This document shows, piece by piece, positions 24,654 through 37,424 of a stretch of DNA of 64,000 nt. The stretch spans positions 682,001 through 746,000 of the forward strand of contig MU054323.1 of NCBI GenBank assembly GCA_013239625.1. The letters are read 5' to 3'. Positions within the stretch are counted from its first letter, which is position 1. The number at the start of each line of letters is the position of its first letter. The position numbers and the translations under genes were made by a program. Below the pieces are notes generated by a model. It worked only from the letters and a program-made list of their open reading frames with translations. It did not search any database and had not been told where the DNA came from. This stretch comes from Lama guanicoe (Eukaryota).

Positions 24654-25194
24654 AAAAATACAAAGTCCTAGATACTTTTCTGCTCAAGTTCATTCATTTC
24701 AAAGAAGAAAATTGAGGTGAAACATGAGCTGTTCAGAGCCATAAACAAGCTGGCAGTGACAAGCTGGCAGTGGAGACAAGGTTAGAATCGAAGTCTGTAA
24801 TCTCAGCACATCGGTCTGCGTAGAGGACCTCACTGAGGAAGGATGGCACAGCTGGGGAAAGAGCACCTGGCGAAGCTGCCATCACACTTACCAGCTGTTT
24901 GACCAATTTATCATCAATAAGGAAAATCAGGCCCAGAAAAGACAATGACCATGGCGACTTCATTTTATGACTAGGAAGTTGAGATGGTATGTGTGATGCC
25001 CACATATCAGGGGCTCAATAAATGTTATGTTCCTCCTGGAATGGCATTATTTAATTTTTTTAATATTATTCTTATCATTACAAAATTCATTTGGGCATAT
25101 GGTAAAAATTTCAAAACAGTGCAGAAATTTTATGGAAGAAAAAGTTAATTCTCTCCTCAAGTCCATTACCAAGCAGTAATCTTTTAGTTTTCGT

Positions 25195-25665
25195 TTTTCT
25201 TTTTTTTTTTTGTATCTTGAAGTACAGTTCATTTACAATGTGTTAATTTCTGATGTACAACATAGTGAATACACACACACACACATATATATGCTATACA
25301 GTAGGACCTCATTGTCTATTTTATATAGTAATTTGTATCTGCAAATCCCAAACTATCAATTTATCCCTCCCCACCCCTTCCTCCCCATAACCATGAGTTT
25401 GTTTTCTATGTCTGTGCATCTATCTCTATTTTGTAAATAAGTTCATTTGTGCCTCCCTTTTAAAAAAAGATTCCACATATAAATGATCTCATATGGCATT
25501 TTTCTTTCTCTTTCTGGCTTACTTCACTTCATACGGTGATCTCCAGGTCTACCCATGTTGCTACTGTTTTCTTCTTTTCTATGGCTGAGTAGTAGTCCAT
25601 TTCATACACATACCACAACATCTTTACCTAAACAACTGTCAGTGGACATTTAGGTTGCTTCATTT
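25195..25665 (-). mobile_element. L1 LINE 3' end (artiodactyl/camelid type)
   Basis: Poly-T, TTGAAGTACAGTTCATTTACAATGTG, AGATTCCACATATAAATGATCTCATATGG, TATGGCTGAGTAGTAGTCCATT, GGACATTTAGGTTGCTT. Same family as 12715-13180. Confidence 0.9.
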
Positions 25666-27433
25666 TTAACCTTTTCTGATTTCTGTCGTTCTTGGAGTTA
25701 GTGCCCTAATTCTAAACCATATGGTTATAGTTCTGTTCATTTATTTATCCACCTGGTTACTTTAAATGGTGTACTTAAACTTCTATTTCTTATTCCACTA
25801 ACTGTTGGCAGTCTTTTCTCTCATGTGACAGGAAAAGAAAATTGTCACCCTCTGTCCTTCATTCATTCAACACTTTCCAGAGTGTAATATGGCAACTCTA
25901 CAGTGACTTTCACATTGTCAAAGTTTACAAGATAATTACATTCTATTTGTACCATGATTAAGTCTTATTGTTTGTATGTTAGTTCTATACATATAGATCC
26001 ATAAACAGAATTTTAAATATTTGATCATATAAATATCATTCACTGTTAATCCAATTAGTGTCTCTGGATCAGTAAAGAAAAAAAATAGAATTTTTGTCAC
26101 TATACTGTATGATTAAAAGAGATCCAAGTAATATATTCAGAGAGATCCTTCTTTTTTTGCTTCATTAATTACTCCAAATCATCCCATATTTTGATTTGCT
26201 TTATGTTTGAGTCTTAAATTTGTAGTATAGTTTTATATTTCTCTTGGTGTTCCCAATTACTTTTTTTCTTGATTATCAAAGAAGCATATGCTTTCTTTAC
26301 AATATCTGTAACAATATCCATATTTTCAATCAATCATATTAATTGTCTAATAATCTCACTTGGACTGATTACTTTCCCAGCCTATTTCTTTGCAGTCTTA
26401 CTGGGACTTTTTTTTTTCATTTACTCTTGGACTAGTTTCACTCTTTCTTGAATCTCGTATCTTCCTTTTTAGTGTCTATGTGTTTATTATTTTGTTGCAA
26501 TATATCCTGAAGGATTTTGCTTCCAGAAATAGTGGATGGAAAGGAAATTTCTGAGCCCTTGTGCCAATGAAAATGCTTTATTGCATAATGTTTAAGGACT
26601 TCTCCATTTGTATCTACTGCTAATAAGTCTGTTGATAATCTGATTGTCTTTTTTTGGTTTAAATTTTTCAGGTTTTTTTTTTTTTTGTCTAATGTTCTGT
26701 CTCTCTCAAAGCACCTAAGCTTGCCCTCTTATTCTCAACAAATGAACTTTCACAACAATATATGCGTTAAAATTTGGATCATGTTTTATTCATTCTATTT
26801 CTTGACCTTTAGTGATCCTTGCAATTTAAGGATCAGCAGTCTTCAGCTCCGGAAATTTTTATTGTGTTATTTAGTTGATAATTTTCCTTTCTGGATCTTT
26901 TTTTTTCTGGAATATCTATTAGTTAGATTATGAATATCCTGAATGGATCTTCCCTGTCTTTCTATTTTTCTCTTTCATTTGCCTTTAAAGATTTTTTTCC
27001 TCTCCTTTCAGGGAGATATCCTTGATTTTGTCTTTCATACTTTCTACTGATTTTTTTGGTCAATCATACTGTTTGTTTTTTTTAATAAATTTCAAATATT
27101 CTATCTTATTTTCCAAGTGTTCTTTTAGTGATTCCCATTTCAAAAATAATTTTAATATTATCTAAGCTATCCCTAAACATCATCATTATACTTTTACATG
27201 CTTTTTTGTCTCCTGGGTTAACTCTATTTCTTCTTTAGGAGATGAGCTATTCTCACTTATCTTGCTTTTTCTCCCCACTTCAAATGTAGGGCAACTCTTA
27301 GGTCCCCATTCATATTTATGAATGAAGAATTGGTTGACCAGTATGAAAAGCTGTTGTGAATTTCTCCCACTATCATGTTGACTTGTTTGCCCAGCAAACC
27401 TTTCTCCTGAATGGGAGGGCGATGGGGGAACTC

Positions 27434-27460
27434 TGTGTGTGTGTGTGTGTACGTGTGTGT
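27434..27460. repeat. (TG)n microsatellite
   Basis: Direct reading of the sequence. Confidence 0.85.
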
Positions 27461-29599
27461 TGACTGGCAGGATTTAGATTGGATTTTATGAGCAGACTGC
27501 CTTGCCTGGACCTTCTACCCACCACCAGCCCACCAGAAAGAAGGACTTCACTCCGAGAACAGCTCTAACATAAGCACCGAAGACTTCCCCCAAAGCAAGT
27601 GTTCAACTTTTATAGAATGGGGAGTTCCCTGCCTAAAGCCAAGTGGCTGCAGGTTGCTCTGTTTAGGGAGAGAAGATTGAGTAGTTCAGATATTTCATAA
27701 AGAGATTTTAAAATTAAATGACGTAGATACTCCTCTTTAATTTTTGGCTTTCCATAGCCATAGACTTCAAATTTGGAGCTTGCTTAGGATTTTGTTAATT
27801 AAGACAGTTCCACCTCTGCAGCAACCTTCTCCTCTTCTGTTCTGGTCATCCACGGTCTCTACTTTAGATGAGCCATTCATTTGATTTAATCTATTTGTCA
27901 TCTTTCAGAAATTTGTTAACTTTCCTGGTCTACTTGTGTCTCTATTTCTTTTCCCTAATTTCTATGATTTTTATTCTCTGCTGCTTATTTTTCTCTTGTT
28001 TCACTGAAAATCAGGAAGAAAGGGGGGGGGTAAATATGTGTGTTTAGGTCTTTCTCATGAACCAGAAACCCCTAACCGTTAAAAAAAAAATCCTGTAAGC
28101 TTTTGAAGGGATTATATGTGTCTTTTTGGCCTTTTCTCAGACGCTCCTAGTTGGTTTATCACGAGGAAAGAAACATTTTTAAATGTGGGTTGTATTATTT
28201 TAACCCCAAAGTAATACTATACTTGGAAAAGACCTAAAATGTAATACCAAAACCATTTCTGAGTGTGAACTACTGAGACCAATTAAAACCTGTGGTTTTA
28301 AAAAACAGAAAATAAGACCTAGAAGACAAAGAACTCAGCACAGGTAAGGAGTACAGATGGAGTCAGCTACACACACTTGCGCATTGCCTCCTCTCCGCTC
28401 CAGTGGTGAAACTATCTAAACCACGGCACATATCTTCAAGCCCATTTCTTTGGCTGCACAAATCTCTCATCAGACTCTGCTGGCCCTATCTTATTGGCAA
28501 AGGCACATGGTGATTAAAATGGCATTGACAATCTTCTGATCTGCCCTTGTACAACAGAAAATGCAGATTAGGAAAAGATTATGCTAATGAGGGAGAAGCT
28601 TTTAGAGTGGGAAGGACTTTCCAAAGATGGCTTGTTCAGCTCTCCGGTTGACACATACTTTCTGTCTGTAAGATCTTGCCTAATGGTCTTTTCTTGATCA
28701 TCTCCAATAATGAGAAACTTGTAACCTCCAGAGGCAGCATTTTCATCTTTAGACAGTACTGTTAAAAAGCCTTTAAACATAACCTTGATCTGGCTCTACG
28801 TACCTCCCAGTGTGCTCGCCAGCTGTGCTCTCCGTGACACATAGCACAAATCTAAACTTCTGTCACATGGAAGAAGAGTTTGATATTTCCTATGTTAACA
28901 GGACAGGTAAGAAAGAGATCCATTTAACGTCAGAGACGGTTGTCACTTCCGTATCTAAAGATGCTTGCATTCCTCAAGCAGGTCTTTACAAAGAGCAAGG
29001 CTGTTAAGTAAAAGCTTTAAAAATAATTCCATTACCCACTTTACAAAGACAAAGTGACAGCCGATCATTAGAAGAAGAAAGTCTTCACGGATGGTGCACA
29101 ATTTGCAAAAGATGTGATTTCATCCCTTATAAAAGGAGAGGTACAATAACTTCCCACCAAGATGAGTTGTGTTTGCTTGTGTTTCATGGCATTCCTAGGG
29201 CTTCGGTTTAGAGATGAGATTCATTGCAAGTCTCGCTCAAACTGTAAAAGGTCTGCCGACGTGAAGAATTTGGTTGTCTGGAAATGAGGGAAACTCCAGC
29301 CACCTCCGACTGCTTGCAAAGAGACAACCAGAAACACAAATGCACACTGAAGGCTGCATGTCCACCTGAGTGGTTCAGTCTCTGCCCCACGGGTAAACGC
29401 GTAAGCAAGGTCCATCGACCACAGAGTTCCTTAGTCATCACTTCCAATTCCCTCATCGTATACATAGGAAGATTGAAGCCTGGAAGCAGAAATTAGAAGA
29501 CCAGAGTCATTCAGGAAGTTAGGGGCAGAGAAAATACGAGACTCAGAGGCTTTGGTTCCTTGGTCCAGACATTTTTTCCCTCAGTTCTTTACTTTTCTG

Positions 29600-30085
29600 C
29601 TATGGGCTGTGGTTCTTTATGACCAGGCCCCAGCCCCCATCAGTGCCGTGTTCTGGAGCCCTCCCTCCTGTGCTCATTCTGCTCCGTGACACCACAGACA
29701 TCTCAGTGTTCTTGAAACACACCAAGCAGGTTTCCTTCTCAGGGCCTTTGCACTTCCCATCGGTCTGCCAGGCATGCTCTTTTCCCTCATAGCTGTGTGA
29801 ACCACTCCCTCACTTCACTTACGTGTCCGTCCATATGGCACCTCCTCAGGGAGGCCTTCCCTGATATCCCTGACAATTTTATCTAAAATAAGACCCATGT
29901 CACTCTCTTTCTCTGTTCCCTGATTTATTTTTCTTCATAGCACACCTAGATATCAAACTATGCATACTATGCATGTATGTGTGTGTGTATGCATGTATGT
30001 TTCTCCTCAATAAATGTAAGTTCCATGAAGATGAAGACTTTGTGAGTTTGTCCACTACTATAATTCCATCATCTAGTGCATGCAA
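29600..30085 (+). mobile_element. L2a-like 3' fragment
   Basis: CTCAGGGCCTTTGCAC...CACCTCCTCAGGGAGGCCTTCCCTGA...AATGTAAGTTCCATGAAG. Confidence 0.85.
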
Positions 30086-30117
30086 AGACATATTTCTGAA
30101 GGCCTAATTAAGTAACA

Positions 30118-30348
30118 TTTGTAGATACTGACAGGCATATGCAGAATAGATAAACAAAATTATACTAAATAGCACAGGGAAATACATACAAGATCTTGTG
30201 GTAGCTCACAGCAAAAAAAAATGTGACAATGAATATATGTATGTTCGTGTATAACTGAAAAATTGTGCTCTACACTGGAATTTGACACAACATTGTAAAA
30301 TGACTATAACTCAATTAAAAAATATTAATAAATAAATAAATAAATAAA
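30118..30348 (+). mobile_element. Young camelid L1 3' end (5'-truncated)
   Basis: GATACTGACAGGCATATGCAGAATAGATAAAC...GTGGTAGCTCACAGC...ACACAACATTGTAAAATGACTATAACTCAAT plus (TAAA)n tail. TSD AAGTAACA (30110-30117, 30349-30356). Confidence 0.9.
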
Positions 30349-30609
30349 AAGTAACACCTTTAAAAGTGTTCGATGCCATTTAAGAAGAGAATCAATTAAG
30401 CATTCAGATGGCACAACACGCCCCTTGACCAGGGGGCTCTCGCTTCAGGACCTCATCCTACAAGAGATGCCCTGGTTTCTTTGCCTCTGATCTCCATTTC
30501 CAACTCAAGTTCAACTCAGATATTCACTGAGGGCCATACACTCAACAAATGTTTGTTAAATTAAGTAATGAATAAAATTACTGACTTAAAAGTCACCTTT
30601 TTTCAGTCA

Positions 30610-30790
30610 GATAAGCACAGGGGACCAGACCTCAGGAGACCCAGAATGCTAGTCCTTGCTCTGCCAACAGCTGTATCAGTTTGGGCAAATCTCTTATGTG
30701 ACCTCCATCTTCAGTTAATCACCAAATAATCAATAAAAGGAGCAAAACAGATTTGTTCTAAGAGAACTTCCAACTCTGACATCCTAGAAT
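30610..30790 (+). mobile_element. MIR fragment
   Basis: TCAGGAGACCCAGAATGCTAGTCCTTGCTCTGCCAACAGCTGTATCAGTTTGGGCAAATC...TTCCAACTCTGACATCCTA. Confidence 0.65.
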
Positions 30791-32294
30791 ATCATAAAAT
30801 ATATCTCTTAGGTTATTTTCTTCCTGCAACTGGCCAGTGTTAATTGATTTTAGAAGTGCCACTGCCTTTGTAGGCCTTTAGGAGATTTGTTCTTAGCGAT
30901 GGCTAAGGTCCTTTCAAGGAGCCAACATGCTAAGCCACAATTAGGCCCCATTTATCCCCAAGTCCATTTCCCAGCAATCTGACTCATTCAGGACCTTTTG
31001 ATCCTGAACTCATCAAAAGGGTCCCCTGGGTACCCACAAGAGCTGTCAGAAAGCCCCAGCATTAAAGATTCTGTGCACTGCTTCTCATACCCTCTTTCAA
31101 CCCCTTGTAGAGTCTAGACTCTTGTTTTCCATCAGTTACTCAAGGGTGTTGTTTCCTCTGCTGGAAATGATCTTCCCTGTCTATTCTTGTTGATCAACCC
31201 CTACATGTTTTTCAAGCTTATCTCAAATTTTCACTGCTCTAAGAAGGCACCGAAGCCTCCTGTTGCCCATTCAGTTTAATGTTCTTATCTTCTAAGTTGT
31301 CACTGTAACACATACGTACCTTCATAACAGCCTTGGCCATTCTGTATTATTGTTTCCTAGACTTTAGTAAAAGAAACTCAGTAGCCCAGAAGGCATTCAG
31401 GAGAGAAAGATACGTGATCCCTAAGTAGAATTACAGGTGACACTGCATGACACTGAGGGAGGAGACAGCTAGATCTAAAACCAGATACAGAGCTGCGATT
31501 CCACTCAGGATGCAAATGGGTCTTTAGAATGACATCTCTGAATGATTTTGAAATTACATAGTTCTGTATGGCAGATGGAATTCAGAATTTCCGGAAATGC
31601 CAAATACATTTCAGAAGGATGTCTATTAACAAGAGCTTACTATATTTGTTTGGTGCTTGACAAGCTCAGCTCCAGTTATCTGGAAAAGGCCAAGATGCCA
31701 GAGGAATGGGGTTTCACCAAATCACAAGCTGACAAGACTTGATTAAATGGTCCCACGTGCCCAGCATTGCACATGTGTACAATGAAGAACCAAAGACTGG
31801 ATTCTCAAAGAAGCAAAGAGACAAAGCTGACACGGCTAACATGGTCAGCATGCAGCCTGGCATGAAACTGACTGGCCCAGATCATGAGGGTTACAGGTCC
31901 TGAGTGGAGGGGGAGAGGTCAGGGGTCATGCTAACCTTGAAGAGATGGGGAATGGAGGCAGGACTTGGGCCTTCCCTTACAGACTGGGGAGGGCCGATAT
32001 TAGTGAAGAGGAGGAAATTTGTCTAGCTGATGGACACCACTGAAACAAAGACCTTGGGGTGGGAGTGGCAAGAGGAATTGAGATGATTAGGTTTGGCAGA
32101 GTAGCAATTGGGATAATGTATTGTGTGATCCGTCAGATTATGGGGACATTGGGCCAGAAGTACTTGCGTCTAGAAACAATGCTGATGCATGAGTAGGGAA
32201 ACTATTTAGCCTACTTGCTGCTATGCAGTCAAGTCACAAATAGCTTGGTGGCATGGTGTGGGTAAAGACACTCAATTTCTGGAATCTTTGGCCC

Positions 32295-32775
32295 CTCCCA
32301 TGTTACTCAGAGCAAAGTACACTGCCTGTATAAAGACCTACAATGCCCTGGATGACCTGGGCTCTGTCTCCTGCTTCTCTCCCCTCTGCTTAGACTCCAG
32401 CCACACTGGCCTTCACACAGCCAAGTACTAGGTCACCTCAGGGCCTTTGCACATGCATCTTTTTTCTACTTAGGATTCTTTTCTCCAAGATACCCACAAA
32501 ATTGGTTTTCTTTTTTCTTTCTAATCTTGTTCAAATGTTACCTCATCAGAGACCACCCTCATGCAAAATAGCACCTCTTTTATGCTGAGTCATTTTTCTT
32601 CCTGGTTTTTTATCATCAGCTAATACTTTACCTATTTGTTTATCTGTTTGTTGTCTTTCTCTATCCCCCTGCTTCCGGAATGTTCAAGTGCAGAGATAGA
32701 TTACCATCTCATTCCCAACGTTTAGCATGGTGCCTAGCACATAAAAGCACTCAATAAATGTGTGCTGAATTAATT
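32295..32775 (+). mobile_element. L2a-like 3' end
   Basis: CTCCAGCCACACTGGCCT...CCTCAGGGCCTTTGCACATGC...ATGGTGCCTAGCACATAAAAGCACTCAATAAATGTGTGCTGAAT. Confidence 0.85.
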
Positions 32776-33917
32776 AATTGTGAACCTATAAGAGGTTTCA
32801 AGAATTATATCCCAACATGTGTCATATTTTTCCAAATAATTTCCAAAATTGTCAGTAGATTCTCCAAGGGACCCATGGCCAGTAATTTTAAAGGATTATA
32901 CAGAATCCAAGTAAACAGCAGGACAGCTGGGATCTCATCCCAGCTGTAAGGTTTGTTTCATTTACCTGAGGCTCAGTTTCTTCATCTATAAAGTGAACAT
33001 AGTAAAACCTGTTTCATTCCTATTACATTTGCAGAAGTCAAAGTTGTTGAGACCTTCCATGTACATATTGCTCTGATTCAATAATGACCAAGATATCCAT
33101 CCTTCTAGTCTCAAGAAACTCACACTTCAGTGAAACAGTGAGTCGGGGAGTGGTGGTAAATTTCACCAACTGTGAGCTCCTAATGAGATCCAGTGTGAAC
33201 GTTCTTGCTGGAGGCCACTCAACTACAAGGAAGATCTCCATAAAGAGACCTTCGTGTCCATCCCTGCTCCATCTCCTCCACAATCTAGTGGATGTTTCCA
33301 GGGCCCCAGCAAGACTAAGCATTCATTTGCCACTGTTATGCAGCATTTAGCTGAACTTTTGCAGAGTGTTTATGTGCCTAGGAAACTCACATGGCAACTG
33401 GTCCACCTAGCCTCCTTTGCAGAGTTGCTATAATAACCACATGAAATAATGCCTGTACTGGGCTTAGTACAGAACCAGAAACACAATTATTATTGTTAAG
33501 GTAAACTTGCTAAACCTTAACTAATGCTGAAGATAACATGTAAGTGGTAATAGAAAGAAACTGGAGGGATAGAAAGAAAAGAAGAGAATAAAAAATGTAT
33601 CATTTATTTCATCCACAAAGTCATTTGCATTTTGCATATTTAATTGATCAGGTTGTTTGCTGAACGTATTTGGAAATCATGGGATGCTGTGGGAGACATA
33701 GATCCTGACCTTCAGCTAGGTGGCAGGAAGACTAACTCAGATAAGATGGATGAGAAGAGGGATAGCTGAAGACAAGGACGGTAAGCAAGAGTTGTCTGTA
33801 GTAGTTCGGGTGAGAAATTGTATGGAACCAAACATAGGGATGGCGGAGAAGGAGAAAACACAAGGCATACTGGGAAGGAAAATATGATGGGGGTTTGGTG
33901 ACACGCTTTCATTACTT

Positions 33918-34240
33918 AATCATTCCATTCATTCAGTTCCTTGTGCTGAGCTCTTTCTGCCAGGCACTGGATATATAAGGATACAAGCGTCATGATAAGC
34001 TGCAGTTGTTTTGTCCTCCCCGGAGCCAGCCAGAGTATTACGAATAGTCTACATACATCACGGCATTTAATGCTCAGAAGTTCCTTGTAAATAGGTGTTG
34101 TCATTCCCACTCTATAGTTACGGAAGTCAGAGCTCAGAGACCGTGGTAAACAACTTGATCAAGCCACACAGCTAGGCTGAACTGGGGTTAAAAGCAGGCG
34201 TGTGGATTCTTAAATCTGGCTTTTTCATCTCTGCAGCAGA
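33918..34240 (-). mobile_element. L2 3' end plus MIR fragment
   Basis: ATTCATTCAG...TGCCAGGCACTGG (L2) followed by ATTCCCACTCTATAGTTACGGAAGTCAGAGCTCAGAGA...CCACACAGCTAG (MIR). Confidence 0.65.
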
Positions 34241-35392
34241 GATGACTAGGGCGTGGCTCTTGTCACTGCAGGGGTCAGAGTCTAATGAGCCAAAGGTGAA
34301 GGACACATACTATGGAAGATTGTAATGGGGCACACCCAGAGCCTCTAGAAAAGCAACAAAGAGTCGGAGGAGAAGGAAAATCCCAAGATGTCTCAAAGCT
34401 GTTGATTCTGAGGAAGTCTGCTTTCCATCAATTGTGTGGGAAGACTCAGAGGCCATTTGGGATGTGCTCTCGGCCATGCCTCTGAAGGTTAGGGTAGGGG
34501 ATCCCAGTTCCACCATGACCTTGAGCAGCTGACTCTCTCTCAAAGAGTCTAGGTTTTCTCATCAGCCAGGAGTTTTGGACAAAGATGGGTTCTATCTCTA
34601 CACAGGTGGTAACACATGGAGAAACTGAATTCTAGCAGGCTGATCAACAATGAAAAGTCAGTAGGAGGAGACCTGGTTGGTCTTCTTTTGGTCTTTTTCC
34701 TTTCCCCCATGAGATGTTTCTTCCATTGCTTTCCAGTTCATCCCTAAAGTGTGAGACAGAGATTCAGAAGGTTGGAGTCTTGGATGTCTATGAAGAATCT
34801 CACGGGGAACCTAGGTGAGTCCCTAGACCAGGCCTTTTTGTCTGGGGCTCATGACCTCACTCCCATTTCCCTGGAGTCTGGGGAACAGAATGCCCCATTC
34901 ACTTTATCTGAATAGAGAGGGGCACAGTTGTAGAAGGCAGGATGCCCATAGCCTGAGCGCCTGCTCTCAGCGCTGGGAATGGAGGATGGATGAGCCAGGA
35001 GATGCGGGTGGAGCGGCAATGGACGTGGAGGAAGCACACGCTTCTCGCAGCTGACGCCGTGCCCTTCAGCCATCACCCCATGTGGGTGAAGGGGGAAGCT
35101 GAATACGCCGCCAGAGCCGGAGGCTGAGCTATTATACACGTCTGGGCAGAAGGAAAATTGGGGCAGAGAATGGACTTCTGTTCAGGCAGGACTTTCAAAG
35201 GGTTTGGTGCCCACACTGATAGTTTCTGTTGGCACAAACGATGTCTGTTCAGTTGAAACTCAGCCTTTCCATAAACTCTGTTTCCTCCAACTTGCTTTCC
35301 CTTGTCTCTCTTTCCTTATTCTCTACAGAACAACACAAAGAAATAATACCTTTTTTTACCCAGTTTCTGGTGGAAATACATTAGATTCTTGA

Positions 35393-36284
35393 CAGTGGTG
35401 TGCTCAAGTCAGCTCATAAGCTGATTGTTGAATGTTTTTTCAATTTTGTGAGCTGGTTGTACGACAGTCATTATTAAAAATTAAATGATAGCATTTGCAA
35501 TTAAATAAATTATAGTGAAAACAACAGTAATAAATACTCCAAAGCATCACTTCCTAATTATTTTACTACATTTTATCATCATCTACACTCTTGAGGTTAC
35601 TTACATTCCATCGTATCTGTGCGGCGAAAATACTATTCAATGGTGTGCACGTAGTTTTGCAATTCTGTATTCAGTGAGTTTATCACAGTCTCTCAAAAGT
35701 GGTCATGGTTGGATATATTTACACCATGGAAGTCTGCAAACATCACACATCAAGTCTTGATTTATTGATTTGTTGATTGCCTAGACATAAGAGAGTGATG
35801 GATAAAATGATAATAATGTAACTTAACCTAAAAAGGTGCCAAGTCAATAGCCATTACATTGCAAATAACGCACAAATACTAAAGAATTTTATTTTAGTTT
35901 TCAAAAACAATTCTCTGAATCAGCAAAGAAGTTGTTCAGATTACTGGCAAACTAGTGAGATTCCAACACACACCTTCATTATATCCCTTCCATCTTCCTT
36001 GTTAACTAAAATGAAAGTATCAACTAACATTTGTGTCTAAACCACATGCATTGTTCATTAATAGCACCTTAGGTTGGCAACAGATGGGAGAGTTTGGCAA
36101 AAATCAATGAAGCATTCTGAGAGAATCAATCGGCTATATGAAATGTTCAATGAAGAATGTATTAAATTGTATTATCATTTTTAAATTGTGTACTACACAT
36201 CTTTACATTAGTAAAATTTATAATCAACTTATATACAAATATATATACAATTTTGATTGGTAGATACTTACCAGCACACTAATG
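35393..36284 (+). mobile_element. MER63C-like hAT-Blackjack DNA transposon (full length)
   Basis: TIRs CAGTGGTGTGCT / CCAGCACACTAATG. 8-bp TSD ATTCTTGA / GTTCTTGG. Internal CATCACTTCCTAATTATTTTACTACATTTTA and ATTTACACCATGGAA match MER63. Length ~890 bp. Confidence 0.88.
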
Positions 36285-36819
36285 GTTCTTGGGGTCATCA
36301 TTTGATTGGCAGGAAAATGGAGGTTTATATAAAATGTCACTGTTTGTGACACTGGGTTCAGACAGCATTGGGCCCAGAGTAGATATGCTGGTTAAGTGAG
36401 TTGGAGACTATCAGGATTCTATAATGTTATTAGATCATATTAAAGTACTCCATCATTTTTATCTCCAATGCTTTCTATTGACTCTCTAACATAGTCATTC
36501 ACTCCTTATCCCCAAATAAAATTTTCTGACAGTAGTCTTTGACACTGAAGACTCCCTGCAGGATAGAGACGTGGCATGCAGTTGGAGGCAGAGGTAGAAC
36601 TCAGAAAGGAGAGAGAAAGCTGGGAGCTTTCTCCCTTGAAAGTCTGGTTGTCCTGAGAGTGAGATTCCACGCCAGAACAAGCGGTGAACATGTCTAAAGG
36701 CTAGCCTCCTGGCAAACCACTTGCACAAAGCTATTTTTCCTCTACCTGGGTACACACTAAGCACTCTATAAATTCAGAGTTCAGAATGAGTCAACACAAG
36801 ACATGTCAGTCAGAAGGAA

Positions 36820-37000
36820 CTATATTTATTGAGTATGCTCTATGTCTTATTCAGAGCTTGGAGCTTTATAACCATTAACGTTCATCCTTAAATAGCTCTC
36901 TGCAGTCATGATTATTATTTGACTCCATTTTACAGATAAGGAAACCTAGGGGAAAGAATGTTAAATAACTTTTAACTCACATTTAGTAGATCTACTTATT
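36820..37000 (-). mobile_element. MIR fragment
   Basis: CCATTTTACAGATAAGGAAACCTAGG...TTAAATAACTT. Confidence 0.7.
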
Positions 37001-37424
37001 AGCTGGTTTTCATTCACAGGGCTCTCTGATTCCCATACCTGTCCTCTGGCCCCGCACCATCAAGAGGGAGGTAAGGAGGAGGGGCGTGAGAGCTGGCACG
37101 TGGGGAGAGAAGGAAGTGTGTGGTCCCCACGCCCTGTGGTCTGCATATGAAGGTGACAAATTGAGTCGGCACTGCTAGGGCTCTTCTCGAAGCATCAGAA
37201 TAACTTAGAGAAACTCTGGAAGGAAGTGTTTTCCAGGATGCTTCCCTGTCTGCACAGACACAAAGGCTCTTAGGGAAGCTCACGTGGGCATAATGTGTGA
37301 ATTTGTCGGGCTCTGACAAGGGACAGTGTCCAGAGGCCTCCCAAACAATCCCCTGCAGTGCTGGCTGCAAAGACTAAGGGGCTTCCCAGGCTGTATCTTC
37401 AGGGAACTCTCTGAGGGACCCGAA

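Larger units (their letters stand above)
25050..28072 (-). mobile_element. HAL1 (Half-L1)-like element, ~3 kb, interrupted by a younger L1
   Basis: Long T-rich antisense LINE tract. GGATGGAAAGGAAATTTCTGAGCCCTTGTG...GAAAATGCTTTATT and CTTCAGCTCCGGAAATTTTT are ORF1-antisense signatures. Ends CATGAACCAGAAACCC, a typical 5' terminus. Confidence 0.7.

Noticed and set aside
33022..33402. Possible processed-pseudogene insertion splitting a MIR (ORFs on both strands)
   Set aside because: No poly-A, TSD or recognisable protein. Part of it resembles antisense L2.
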